Origin: Dipteris shenzhenensis | Taxonomy: Eukaryota | Length of the DNA: 64,000 nucleotides | Strand: one strand, 5' to 3' | Assembly (NCBI GenBank): GCA_047967505.1 | Contig: CM106538.1 | Shown: in pieces, positions 1 to 11,248 of the stretch | Layout: each line of letters opens with the position of its first letter | Numbering within the stretch: the stretch's first letter is position 1 | Notes under the pieces: generated by a model | Seen by the model: the letters and a program-made list of their open reading frames with translations, nothing else | Databases searched by the model: none | Told to the model about the DNA's origin: nothing | Made by a program: the position numbers and the translations under genes

Positions 1-1560
1 GGCATGCATTCTCATACCCTTGTCCAAGGCTCCTATGCTGCCTGAAGCTTGGAAGCCACAAACAAACATGACAGTAACTCGAAGTGATCCTCCCAGTGCA
101 TCTGTAAGAACCACAGAGCGTGTGACCCGTTTGGCTTTAACCCTAGTCCATTTTCTCAAGCATATGGGAAACAATCACTTTGCATTTCCTGAAATTCCTT
201 CAGTCCACGAGAGCTCGTGTCAAACTGGCACAATAATTCTGCAAAAGACTACATTTGGCATATATATCCACCAAGGCATTGCCAACAACAAGATCTCTTT
301 CCAGACCCTTTCTGGGCTGTCTTGGTATGCATTTCTCAGCCCTTGTCCATAGCTCCTATGCGGCAGCAAGCTTGCAAGATGCAAACAAACGTGACAGCAC
401 CTCAAGAAATAAATTCAGTTGCATCTGTTCAAGGCAGTAAGAACACTTGAGAATTTTATGCGATTTGGCTTTTAACCCTTCGCTCATCATTAACCGCAAT
501 TCCCCTTTCTTGTTCCTGGGCCTATCCTAAGATTACCATGGTCCATAAGACCTCATTTTTGAACTGGCACCTTGTCAAATGCTTCACATGTCTGCAACAG
601 ACCCACATTTGGCATACATATCTGCCAAGGCAAGGCCAACAACAAGATCTCTTTCCAGCCCCTTTCTGGCTCTCTCAGCTCCGCCCTTGTCCGCGACTTC
701 GATGCTGCCGCAAGCATTCAATGAGATCATTATCCACTCAAACCATGGACTGTACGCAGTAAGAAAAAAAGATAATGTGACCCGTTTGGGTTCACCCCTT
801 ATCCTATCATGCTCTCAAGCACATGGAAAACAATCTCACTCTCTCCTTCTGGGCATATCCTGATGTCAGAGTAGTCCAGGAGACCTTGTCTCAAACTGGC
901 AGCTTGTTAAACGTGGCCCATACTTTTGCAACAGACCCATAGTTGCAGCAAGCAGAGAGCATGACCCTCCTGAGATCAGTGCAGTCCACTGGGCTTTGTC
1001 TCAACTCACAGCTTTGTTAAACACTTTCCATGCTTCTGCAACAAACCCACATTTGGCATCCATATCCACCAAAAAAATGCCAACAACAAGATTTTCCAGC
1101 ACACCTTTCTGGCTATCTTGGTATGCATTTCTCTGCCCTCCAAGGTCCTATGCTGCCACAAGCTTTCAAGCAGAAAACAAGCGTGACAACATCTGCAAAG
1201 AGACCCCCCAGTTGCAACTGATAGAGACAGTTTGGTGCTTCCTCACCAAGCCCCTACTCGACGTATACTACAATCAGTGTGTTCCTCCAGGAGACTGCAT
1301 CTTAATCTGACAGTTTGTCAATTACTTCCCATACTTCTTAAAATGAGCCACATTTGGGCAACATATCCATCAAGGTGTTGCCAACAATATGTCCTTCCTA
1401 CGCCTTTCTGGCTATCTGGCATGATTCTTTCACCCTCGTCCATGGTTCCTATGCTGCCACAGGCTTTTAAGCTGCAATCAAATGTGACAGCATTTGGAGA
1501 GAGACAGTCCGTTGCAACTCTTAGAGACAGTGCAGGCAGATTGCATTTGGCGGCGGGAGC
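1..1560 (-). pseudogene. Degenerate PLS-class PPR (RNA-editing-factor-like) pseudogene
   Basis: The reverse complement repeatedly gives DMYAKCG-like motifs (~250-268, 601-625, 1048-1067, 1349-1368) and 'LSPNAVTFDCSLKACGSIG' (ORF 1318-1578). No long open frame; many frameshifts and stops. Runs off the window start. Confidence 0.85.
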
Positions 1561-1801
1561 CATCGGAGTTGAACCCAAGAAACCGCCACAACCATAACAA
1601 GAACAGCTACAACAACAGCAAAGATTACTGTAGTAGCACCAGATTCCCTATATACGGAAAAAATAAATAGGGCAAAAACAGAAATACCAACAATGAAGCA
1701 AATAATTGCCAGTACCTAAGAGAGTGAGCCCGTTTTGTGAGTGTACTGTCTTAGATTTACAAAATGCTCGGTTGAAAGTCCATCCTTAGTCTAGCATTGG
1801 A

Positions 1802-4133
1802 TCAGTGACGCCTTTTCCTGAATTTCTTGCCTTGTTTTACTTTAATGAAGCCATATTGTTGCCTTTGCAATCCTATAACAGTTTTCATGTCGCTTTGCCA
1901 CTTAGCCTCATATTTGGAATCTAAAATGGTCCTCAGCTTTAAATATGTGAGCTTGTCAGGTAATTGGTGATTTCTGCACATCTCGTCATGATACATGAAT
2001 GCCTTTTTGAAATCTCGCACCCGTAGAAAAGTGAAAATTAGAGTGGTATAAGTGAATGAATCAGGAGCAAAACCTGCAGAATGCATCTCCTTCAAGATTT
2101 GAGGGATCTTGGAGTGTTGGCCCCCTCGGGCGTAGGCATTCAGAAGCATATTATAAGTTTTCCTATCAGGCTTGTATCCTAGCTTGGCAAACTCAAATAT
2201 TACATCTCTTGCCTCTGAGTAACAGCCTTGTCTTGCAAATGCGTCCAGTATAACAATGAAAGTAGCCCGTGTTCCCCTGCAATTCTCCTTCTGCATCTTT
2301 CTCCAAACATCCTTTAGCGTTTCCAGGTCACCAGCCTGCCTATAACCATGCAATAATGAAGTATAAATTTCTACAGTTGGACGTATCCCTTCTCTTAGCA
2401 TACTTTCAAATACAAGTCCAGCCTTTTTATGCCACCCATCTGTTGCATATGCATGAATGAGAGCTCCATATGAAAAGGAGTTTGCACGGACCCCATTCTT
2501 CTTCATGCGTAAAAAAACATTGGCTGCTTTCTCACTTAATCCTTTCCAAGCATAGGCATTGATCAATGCTGAATATGACCTCACATCAGGCTTTAGCCCT
2601 TTATTATGCATCTCTTGTAAAAGAGCTTCTGCTGCTTCAAACTTACGTAATCTGCCGTATGCATCAATCAAAGAATTGTAAGTAGAAACCGATGGGCGTA
2701 TGCCTTTTGCTTTCATCTCCGAAAATAGGCCTTCAGCCTCCTCCAACATGTTTGCCTTCCCATAGCCATCAATTAAAGTGTTGTAAATAATAACATTAGG
2801 AATCAATCCCCGACCTTCCATTTCTGACATGACCATAAGAGCTTGTTCTCTAAGCCCTTTTTCACACAAGGCTTTTATAAGCGCCGCAAAAGCAGTATGG
2901 CCGGCATCAATGTTTCTTTCTTGCATATTACAAAAGATTCTCCACACATCTTCCACCCCACAGTTGCTCTTCCGTGCCAAGGTTATCAATATACAGAAAG
3001 TAACACTGTCCGGCTCTACGTTTAGCCTTGGCATCTCCTTAAAAATCATCAGGGCTTCGTCATACCTATACAGTAAAACATTCCAGGAGGCAAGAACAAG
3101 CTTTTTCATTGAAATAAAAGTCATGGATTCGAGAGACAGTGACTGGACAAGATATGTGAAGGACAAGGCGCTCTTATCCAAAATAATTGAATGGAACGCA
3201 TCTATACCTGCTGTGTTTTGAAAAGGAAGACATCAAAGCATTGAGCACCTTCACGGAACGTATGTCTCTCAGATCTTTCATGTTGTCAAACAGAATAAGC
3301 GCCCGATCGACCATACCAGCATCCCCAAGAAGGGAAAAGATCGTGCAGAAGCTTCTGGAATCGAGAAGACACGGATCGTGAAGGCGCATCCATTCAAAAA
3401 ACGACAGTGCAGGTAGAAAGAGGCGCTCTGCCCGGAGTCTGTAGAGTATCGCATTACCACATATGGTATCTATCCGACCAGTAAAAGAGCCCAAACACTC
3501 GTCAAGCATCACGTTCTTGGGTAGACCTTTGGCAATTTCCAGAACCGACCGGATGACATCTCCGTACTCAGCTTCGCAATCTTCATAAGGCTCCATGGCA
3601 GAAACAAGAGGAGGAGCTGCGGCATTATCCTCAACGTTTTCTCCGTAGGTTCCTTGCTTATTGGAAAGACCGAGGGAAGATACTTCGTCCGCTAAATTGA
3701 AATGTTCTTCCAGGAAACGATTAGTTGCCCGTGCTTGAGCGTCAGGGAAGACTGCACTTTCCGCAAAATTTTCTCGTGAAACGACGTAGGTTCCTTGCTT
3801 ATTGGAAAGAGCGAGGGACGATACTCCGTCCGCTAAATTGAAATGTTTTTCAAGGAAAGGAATAGTTGCCTGTGCGTGATGGTCAGGGAAGACGGGAGCC
3901 AAGGTCGTGCGATCCTCCAAAGCAGGATAGGAAGGGAGATTTTCTGCGATGGGGATGGGAAAGTGCTTATTCAAGGGAAGGGTAGGGGGAGGGGCAGAGA
4001 GGTGAGGCAAGGCGAGGTTGGATTGTTCACGTCGATGGAGGATGTGAAGAAAGATGGGAGGGAAGGAGGGGTGAAGGTGAGGGTGAAGCTTGGGAGGCTG
4101 GGAGAAGCTGCATGTGAAGATGATGGCGGCCAT
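1802..4133 (-). CDS. EMB1006: P-class pentatricopeptide repeat protein, predicted chloroplastic, EMB1006/At5g50280-like; exons 4133-3208 and 3065-1802 (729 aa)
   Basis: ORFs 3174-4139 and 1802-3181 join in frame across a 142-bp GT..AG intron (3207-3066), giving ...KHSR/YDEAL...; total 2190 nt. Tandem 35-aa PPR motifs. The C-terminus (AYARGGQHSKIPQILKEM, FLRVRDFKKAFMYH, YLKLRTIL) matches my recollection of At5g50280. Pro/Ser-rich transit-peptide-like N-terminus. Confidence 0.88.
3644..3893 (-). repeat. 141-bp (47-aa) in-frame tandem duplication in PPR exon 1
   Basis: VFPD..A.AT..FLE.HFNLAD.VSSL.LSNKQGTY occurs twice; CGTAGGTTCCTTGCTTATTGGAAAGA starts at 3644 and 3785. Confidence 0.9.
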
Positions 4134-4494
4134 AGCCAAAAGCTCCTACACACAGTTTGCCAGTTCATTTGAAACTCAACCTATAGAGTGACATAATTAT
4201 AGAGCGATTTATATATCTCCACTTCTCAAGACCACTAGCCTCCTCACCCGTCTACCCTACACCGTTTACATGTACAGCTCCGCTCGGCCTCAAGAGGCTA
4301 TCATGTCATTAATTTCAATAAATAGTACAAGATGGCAATTCTCCAAATTGAAAAGATGCATGCACTTTCCTCATATGCATGCAAAATGTTTCAATCAATG
4401 GGAGTTTTTTATGACATGAACTTTCGATCTAGACGTCGAGAAGAAGGTGATGACACACGCATGCATGCACGCGAACACACATACACACAGAGTG

Positions 4495-4499
<5 letters not shown>

Positions 4500-4556
<57 letters not shown>
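4500..4556. repeat. Compound (TG)n(AG)n microsatellite upstream of the PPR gene
   Basis: Directly visible. Confidence 0.95.
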
Positions 4557-5657
4557 GGTTGCTTGCTATGCCTGAGGGGAAGGGTTGAAATTAGACTACT
4601 AACATCACCAAATTTATTAAGTGTGCCATGGTCAGAGCTAGCAATGTTGGCAAGGCTTGTATGTTGATCTCGTATACCAACAATATAACAAAATAACTTT
4701 TATAAACACAACAAACATTTAAAAGCAAGCAACTTACTCTGACCAAAAAAATTATTTATAACAGAGTACTTCAAAATATTACATCCAAAAGTGGAGTCAC
4801 ATGTTCGAATATGCAATATCTACATCCAAGAACCGAGTAATATGTCCAAATACACATCGACGAACAAAGTCATAACTGAACATACAAAATCTACAATAGA
4901 CACAAACATCCCTAGAAAAGCCTGCAGCCATGTACTCCATGTCTGTATCCGCGACGAACATACTACGGACTACAAACAATTGGATCTAGACCCACATCAA
5001 ACAAAAAGACAATTTAAGGACTATAATTATTGAGCCATAAAACTTTTATGTTGATAAACCTAACTCATTCGTTAGACTGCTTACTCTGACGCAAAGGGCT
5101 GCAATAATGTGGAGAAAGGTGTGCATATAGTCCCCATTTTGCCCTCAATAGAAAGCATTTAATCTCATACGTGCATAATATCCAAACCTAGCAGATAGTG
5201 ACGGTCTGCGGTCTATCATCTCCACTCAGCCGGCGAGGAATGACACTGTAATATCCAAAGTGGACTCGTCCCGCCAAAGGACGGTCAACATGGAGATCCA
5301 TTACAAACCTTGAATCAAGAACAGACCTAAAGGAAAAACAATCGCACGTTTACCCACTCATATATAATCCAAATAACCTTTTGTTTTAACAAAAATAAAG
5401 CAACAAACAGTATACACATTTTCTACCCAAGGTAGCTCTCCAACTCATGTAGCTGCAACATTAGTTGCCACTCTTCGATGACCTCGAGTCTACAAGATCT
5501 GTATATTTATACAAGTCAATGACTCTACTATTAAATAGGTCAACATAGAACTTGGCTATCAAGCAATTACGTACTACCACCTATGCTCTTGTTTCGGTGA
5601 CGAACGTGAATTGCCCAAGCATCCTATCGCATTGCAAGGAAGAAACGTAAGTGTGAA

Positions 5658-6125
5658 TCTATATATACGGAAAAAACAATGGACTTTCTAAACCACAATT
5701 TCCAAAGAAAACAATCAGTAGTATGTTGCAAACCCTTTGCTTAAATGGAACATGACAACAAACAAGGCACAGGGCCAAATGTTGTTTGTTTTAGGACTAC
5801 ACTTGGCGACGCTAGTGTTCAGTCATGGGCAACTGTATGTTGCATTGTCGCGTGTCCTAGCATTGAATGCTATGAAGGTGTTCATTCTGGAGAATGTGTG
5901 TGATGCCAATGACGAGGATGCAGAAAATATTTCTACCGCAAATGTTGTAAACAGTGAAGTTTTGCAATTGGCAATAGCAAGAGCCTAGCAGTATGCCATT
6001 GTTCTTTCAAGCCCTCTAAGACTTTCTTGGGTGGCAAATCTTCATTTATGTAATCTTTGTATAGCTTTTTTTTACTTCATTCAATATTTCATCCAAGAAC
6101 TGTCATATGTCCTGGGGAATGCTAG
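5658..6125 (+). mobile_element. Helitron remnant (PIF1-type helicase C-terminal tail), possibly a ~470-bp non-autonomous Helitron
   Basis: ORF 5737-5988 has MTTNKAQGQ...VFSHGQLYVALSRV (RepHel helicase motifs V/VI). Candidate 5' A|TCTATATATAC at 5658 and 3' CTAG at 6122-6125 after a weak hairpin. The helicase call is strong; the ends are tentative. Confidence 0.7.
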
Positions 6126-6270
6126 CTATATATACAATATTAAGTGAGATTAATATTTCATGACTTTGTCCTTGAAGTGTAATAAGAACATTCACTACAT
6201 GAGTGTAGAAGAGAAATCTACATTGCAATATTGCACCACTCAGCCAAGAAATTGCCTTCGCCTCATGTCG

Positions 6271-6272
<2 letters not shown>

Positions 6273-6329
<57 letters not shown>

Positions 6330-6403
6330 CTCCCTCTCTCACCTTTATAAACTTTAAAAATCAATAAGACTCAAACATCTCTCTCTCTCTCTCTCTCTCT
6401 CTC
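6273..6403. repeat. (TC)n/(TATC)n microsatellites
   Basis: Directly visible at 6273-6340 and 6378-6403. Confidence 0.95.
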
Positions 6404-8635
6404 CCCTCCCCCCCACTCTTGAATTATTCAAAAGTTGGAAATGAAGAAAACGTGCAAATCAATGTGCTTTGGAAGGTTGGTGTCTCCTCAACCTTCCAAA
6501 TCGCATTCTTCTACCCAAAGTTTCATGCATGCATTTTTGGCCTGCCCTAGGGGTAGACATAGTGCTCGTTTGAAACGAGCAAAGCAAAAATTCAGATTAA
6601 ATCAAATTACAAAATACAAAATTTCTGACGATCCACTTAATGACTTTGCATTGGATGCATGCTGCAAGCATTCAATAGTCTCGACGTGGCAGATTGAATA
6701 TTTAATGGATTGCATGCAATTCGCAGCGGCTATTGTTCAACAAAGGTTTGCGGGAGGCAACCGGAAGCGTTGAGAGCATGCATTTCGTGTTACGCGCACA
6801 TGCTATTGTTCAACAGAGGCTTGCAGGAGAGCGCCAGGCGTAGCTAAGGAGGGCAACGTGCAGGTTTGTTAGAGTCCTTCCCTCCTTCCACTGTTTTCTT
6901 TGTGTTGGCTTTACTTGATTGTGCCAGTAGCCTAATTAGCTTCGTTGGTGAAAGCCCTGCTCGCATGGCTCCTAAAGGTCGGCGAGGTGCTCAACCTCCA
7001 CAGGCGGACCTAAGCGATGGGGATGATTTGAAAAGGGTGCCGCTCTCTTGGCAAAATCGAGAGCACTCCTATTCAACGGCCTCTGCGAAACTTGTTCACA
7101 AATCCTTCATCAACGGCCACTATCTCCTCACGTACGTGTGGCTTTCAAGGCACAGTTTTCTTTGTGTTGGCTATGTTTTTTTATGTCAGTAGCCTAATTT
7201 TGCTTTGTACCACTTAGCATTGTGCGTGGCATCCAATTTACACCTCTCTGCATTGAAGAGAGTGGTTAAGCAGAAGTTCGGCGAGTAGATATCATCTTTG
7301 GTCACGAATGATCTTGCACTTAATTGCGCCGAACTAGATCATTAGTGGTAGCATTGGAAAATATGGAATTGGTGAGGAGTTTCAACTGGTTTTTGTAGTT
7401 CGTCCATTATTGGGATATTCCTTACGTCTCTCAAATTCTGTGTTCTATCATTCGGGTGGTTCTTCTTGGCTATTTAAGTGGACCATGGACGGAAGGTATG
7501 TGCACTATCTTTTCTTGGTCATATTTGCTATTGCTATGGACGCTTCTGCTAAATTTATGGAAACAGATAGTGGAAACTTTGCTGAAGGTCTGTACTTTTG
7601 ATTGTCTTCCACTTCCAGTGTCTTTCGTCTTTTCTTTCTTCCGCCTTCAAGAGTCGCGTGGTTTTTGTTTTTTGTAAATGCTATTTCTTTGCGTACCTTC
7701 AGTACATGAATCTAACAGGGTTTCTTTTGGCAAGTATTGCCCAAGCGTGCCCAGATTATCAGCCCTCTCCTAGCCATCCTTCCAAAGAAATGGCGGCCCT
7801 GTAAGAAAATGAACGGGAAATGAATGGGAGAACATTGCTGACGGTAAGGTTCTTTCTTTCAAATGACGAATTCTTATGGTGGTCGTGAGGTTAGGAGTAC
7901 ATCAATCTACCGACGCAGTTTTCTCTAATCGCTTATGCATGTACGCACGTCTACATGCTTCTTTGTCATTCACACCAACGACCTTCTGCCAAATCTTCTT
8001 TGTCATACTTTTTGTCTTCTCGTGCTGTCTTCTTCTCAACGTTGAGGTGACTATTACACAACAAGACAAAGCACCCATAGACGCATGCACAGATGCGTTT
8101 CATGAACTAAATAAAAAACTTATGGGCGCGTCTATTTGCGTATCTGGAGACCCACGTCTAATTGCGCATCTATATATCAGACACACGTGCATATAGACGC
8201 GCAGTCAGACGCATAAATAGACGTGCTTATAAACGCGTTTATAGACGCACATATAGACGCAAGTCGAACAGACAGACGCGTATATAAATGCATTTTTAAA
8301 CGCATTGATAGACGCGCTTTATTTTATTTTATTTTTTTTACAGAATACTGTGTATGTTGTGTATGCTATATAGTTACAAGAATCCCATATCCACATTGTG
8401 TAATTCAATTCTTACAGCCAACCGCATTTTAATTACAATTCCAAATAAAACATTACAACTCCAAAACGCAATAAAATTGAAAGCTCAAAAAGTGCTTGTA
8501 TATACATATAGCACGAAGCTAAGCCATGTCATGTGGCTTCAAGTACAAAAAATAAGAGGAGTGTATATACAAGAGGCACAAAACCAAGCCAGTGGCTTTA
8601 AGTACAAAAAAGAGTAGCTAGCACTACTTATACGA

Positions 8636-10360
8636 CTAATCTATGTTCTCCAGGTCCTCGCTCCCTTCCACGCTCCCTTCTGCACTCGGGGGGGTCACTA
8701 TGTATAAACCCTCTATATCACGTGCGTTCAAGGCCTATATTTAAAGTCCCTTATATGTAAAAATTTTCATTAATAAAATGTACCCCTTTTCTATACAAAT
8801 CTGTAAATTTTTTCCAAACCTATTTTAAATAGTCCCTTATGTATATTTATTTCTGTAAATTTTAGAAATAAAAAAAATCCTTCTGTTGAACTCACGTGAT
8901 AGGGTTACATATGATGAGTGACCCCCCCGAGCTTCTGCACTCCCTTCTGCGCCTCCTTCCTCCTCTTCCTCATCGTCTTGTGCACGGGCCTGTAAACAAG
9001 GGACAACATATATCAATGTATGAAAAATCAAATCTTTACTTATAATTTTGGCATTATTTAATTACTTTCAAATACCTGGGGGGCCGCTCCAATAGCTCGG
9101 GTATACTGCTCCTCAATAATCAACCCATCATCATAGAAGTGCCTCCATGTATCTCCTCTGCGATGGTGGCGGTGGTAGGCTGTCTCCACTGGAGTAGGGT
9201 ATCTGCCCACGATCTCAAGCTGCATGACCGCGACACACTTTGCGGAGGGATTAGTACAAAGAAACAACCTCCTGATAAACTACATAAGCAATATAATTTG
9301 AGATCGATACTTACAAATTGGGCCTCCCATGATTCAACACCCCCTGCTCCAAAATGCGCGCTTCCATATTCCTCCATCTGGATCCTCCGTGCCTCCACGT
9401 GCTGCAGACTGGGGTCCTCCCTCGCTGACTTCATTGCCTTCTTCCACTCACGCTTGTGAGCGGTGTGGGGCGGGCCCCTTGGTGGTTGACCTGCCTCAAG
9501 CCTGGCAAGCTCCGCTAGTGCCTGCCTCTTAAGCGAAGATCTTTTATTGCTAAGTATCGTAACAATCTTTGACTTCCCCCATTTATCTGTGAACTGGCGA
9601 TTGGGGGGCTTAGGATACCTAGAGCGAACAGTAGCGAGGGTCTCATCAGCCAACCTCTTTGGGTGGTCTTTGTAGTGGATAAAGCAATCTCTGTAATTGT
9701 TAGCAATTACAGAGCGCATGAAGGCCATGATGTCCTTCCCCTGCGCATCCATCAAGATGCCTCCTATCTGAGTGATGTCATAATAAATCGTACCATCACC
9801 CAGAGGCACGTCTAAATCATCTGAATCATCATCCTCCCCACCGCCACATGGCCCAAAGCATTGTGCCATGCATCCCCCACTGCTCTCCCTGCTACTACGC
9901 CTGCTACCCTGTCGTGTCGAGCTCATACGCTGGCCACTCGTAGCTGGGGACTGCACGGGACTACGCTGACCACTCGTAGCTGGAGAACTGAGTCTTGACG
10001 GCACAGGAGTACGTCGAGGCTCGCCGAGACAGAAGGACCTCCTGACGGCATGGGGGAAGGGGCATAAGACGGGATGGCAGAAGGGACATAAGACGGCATG
10101 GGGGAAGGGGCATAAGATGGTACGGGGGAAGGGGCATAAGAAGGGGCATAAGACGGCTGTGCTGACTCCACTGGGGTGATCTCAGGCGGTGTGGGGTGGC
10201 TTGGAGTCTGTAGTGCCGACTCCTGGGGAGTGTTTAGAGTACCCATCATATACCCGTATAACTCCGTAGGACTAGGAGGGTGCCCTAAAATGTTATATAA
10301 GTCCTTCCAAATAGATTCTCGGGGATCAGGTGAGCTGGAAGCGCTTCCTGGCCACATGTT
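8636..10360 (-). pseudogene. Second CACTA gene (TnpA/Ptta-like), spliced, frameshifted and MITE-disrupted
   Basis: Overlapping ORFs 9923-10357, 9120-10004, 9058-9267 and 8837-9031 with GT..AG introns. Removing the MITE plus one TSD restores ...GSAEGSVEGSEDLENID*. The TnpA assignment is inferred from position within the element. Confidence 0.6.
8685..8931. mobile_element. 247-bp MITE, copy 1
   Basis: Perfect 15-bp TIR CTCGGGGGGGTCACT/AGTGACCCCCCCGAG; 8-bp TSD CTTCTGCA (8677-8684, 8932-8939); AT-rich non-coding interior. Confidence 0.95.
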
Positions 10361-11248
10361 GAACTAGAAAAAAGGAAAAAAATATATTACTGATGAGCTG
10401 AGAAGAAAGGGGAAGGGAAGATAGGCTTACTGTCAGAGCGTGTCTATAGACGCGTCTGATCTGCGCCTCTATAGACGCGTCTAACAGAGCGTCTAACAGC
10501 TCGTATAACAGAGCATCTAACAATGCGTTTAACAGAGCGTCTAATAGAGCGTGTATGGATGCATCTGTCTGTGTCTGCAACAAGCCAGACGCGCGTTTAG
10601 ACGTGCCTATAGATGCGCTTTTAGATGCGCTCTGAGACGCGCCTATAGACGCGCTCCGACAGATGGGATTTCTAAAAAGTAGAAAAGGACATTGCGCCCG
10701 ACACAAAAACGTGACACTGATACCCAAATCATGCGCTTCTTGGATACGAGAAAGTACAAATCTTGAGAGAGCAAACTTCCAAACAAGATCAACTGCAAAA
10801 AGACTTACTTGGATAGAGGTATGGAAGGTTCTTCTTTCTTTTTCAAAGTTGCTTCTCCTCCTTGTTCGTTCTCCTCTCCTTTAAGCTTAGAAGTAAGTGT
10901 GGGTGCCTTTCTCTTGAGTGTAAGCTTGGAAGTAAGTATGGGAGCCTCCCTCTTAAGCGTCGAAACTATGGATCTGCTAATAAAGAAGGAAGCAAGCCGT
11001 GCGAAGTATAAGTAATGTGAAGAAAAGCAAAGCGAGCGGCACGCCAAAAAGCAGGTTTAAAAGCCGCGTCTATAGTCACGTCTAATAGCGCGTCTATAGG
11101 CGCATCTAAATACACAGAGTAGACGCGCATTTAGACACACCATTAGATGCGATTTTAGACGCACTTTTAGATGCGACTATAGACGCGCCACAGAGTTTAA
11201 ATTAAACATTTGAAGAAGAGCAAATTTGGTGGGTTGTTTGTTTGTAGG

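Noticed and set aside
20-1597. Plus-strand ORFs with recurring PMLPQAF/HIW motifs
   Set aside because: They are antisense shadows of the minus-strand PLS-PPR pseudogene.
3066-3207. Apparent frameshift between the two PPR ORFs
   Set aside because: Fully explained by a 142-bp GT..AG intron that restores the frame.
4662-5545. Possible solo LTR (TGTTGA...TCAACA)
   Set aside because: The flanks TTGTA and TAGAA do not form a TSD, and there is no second copy in the window.
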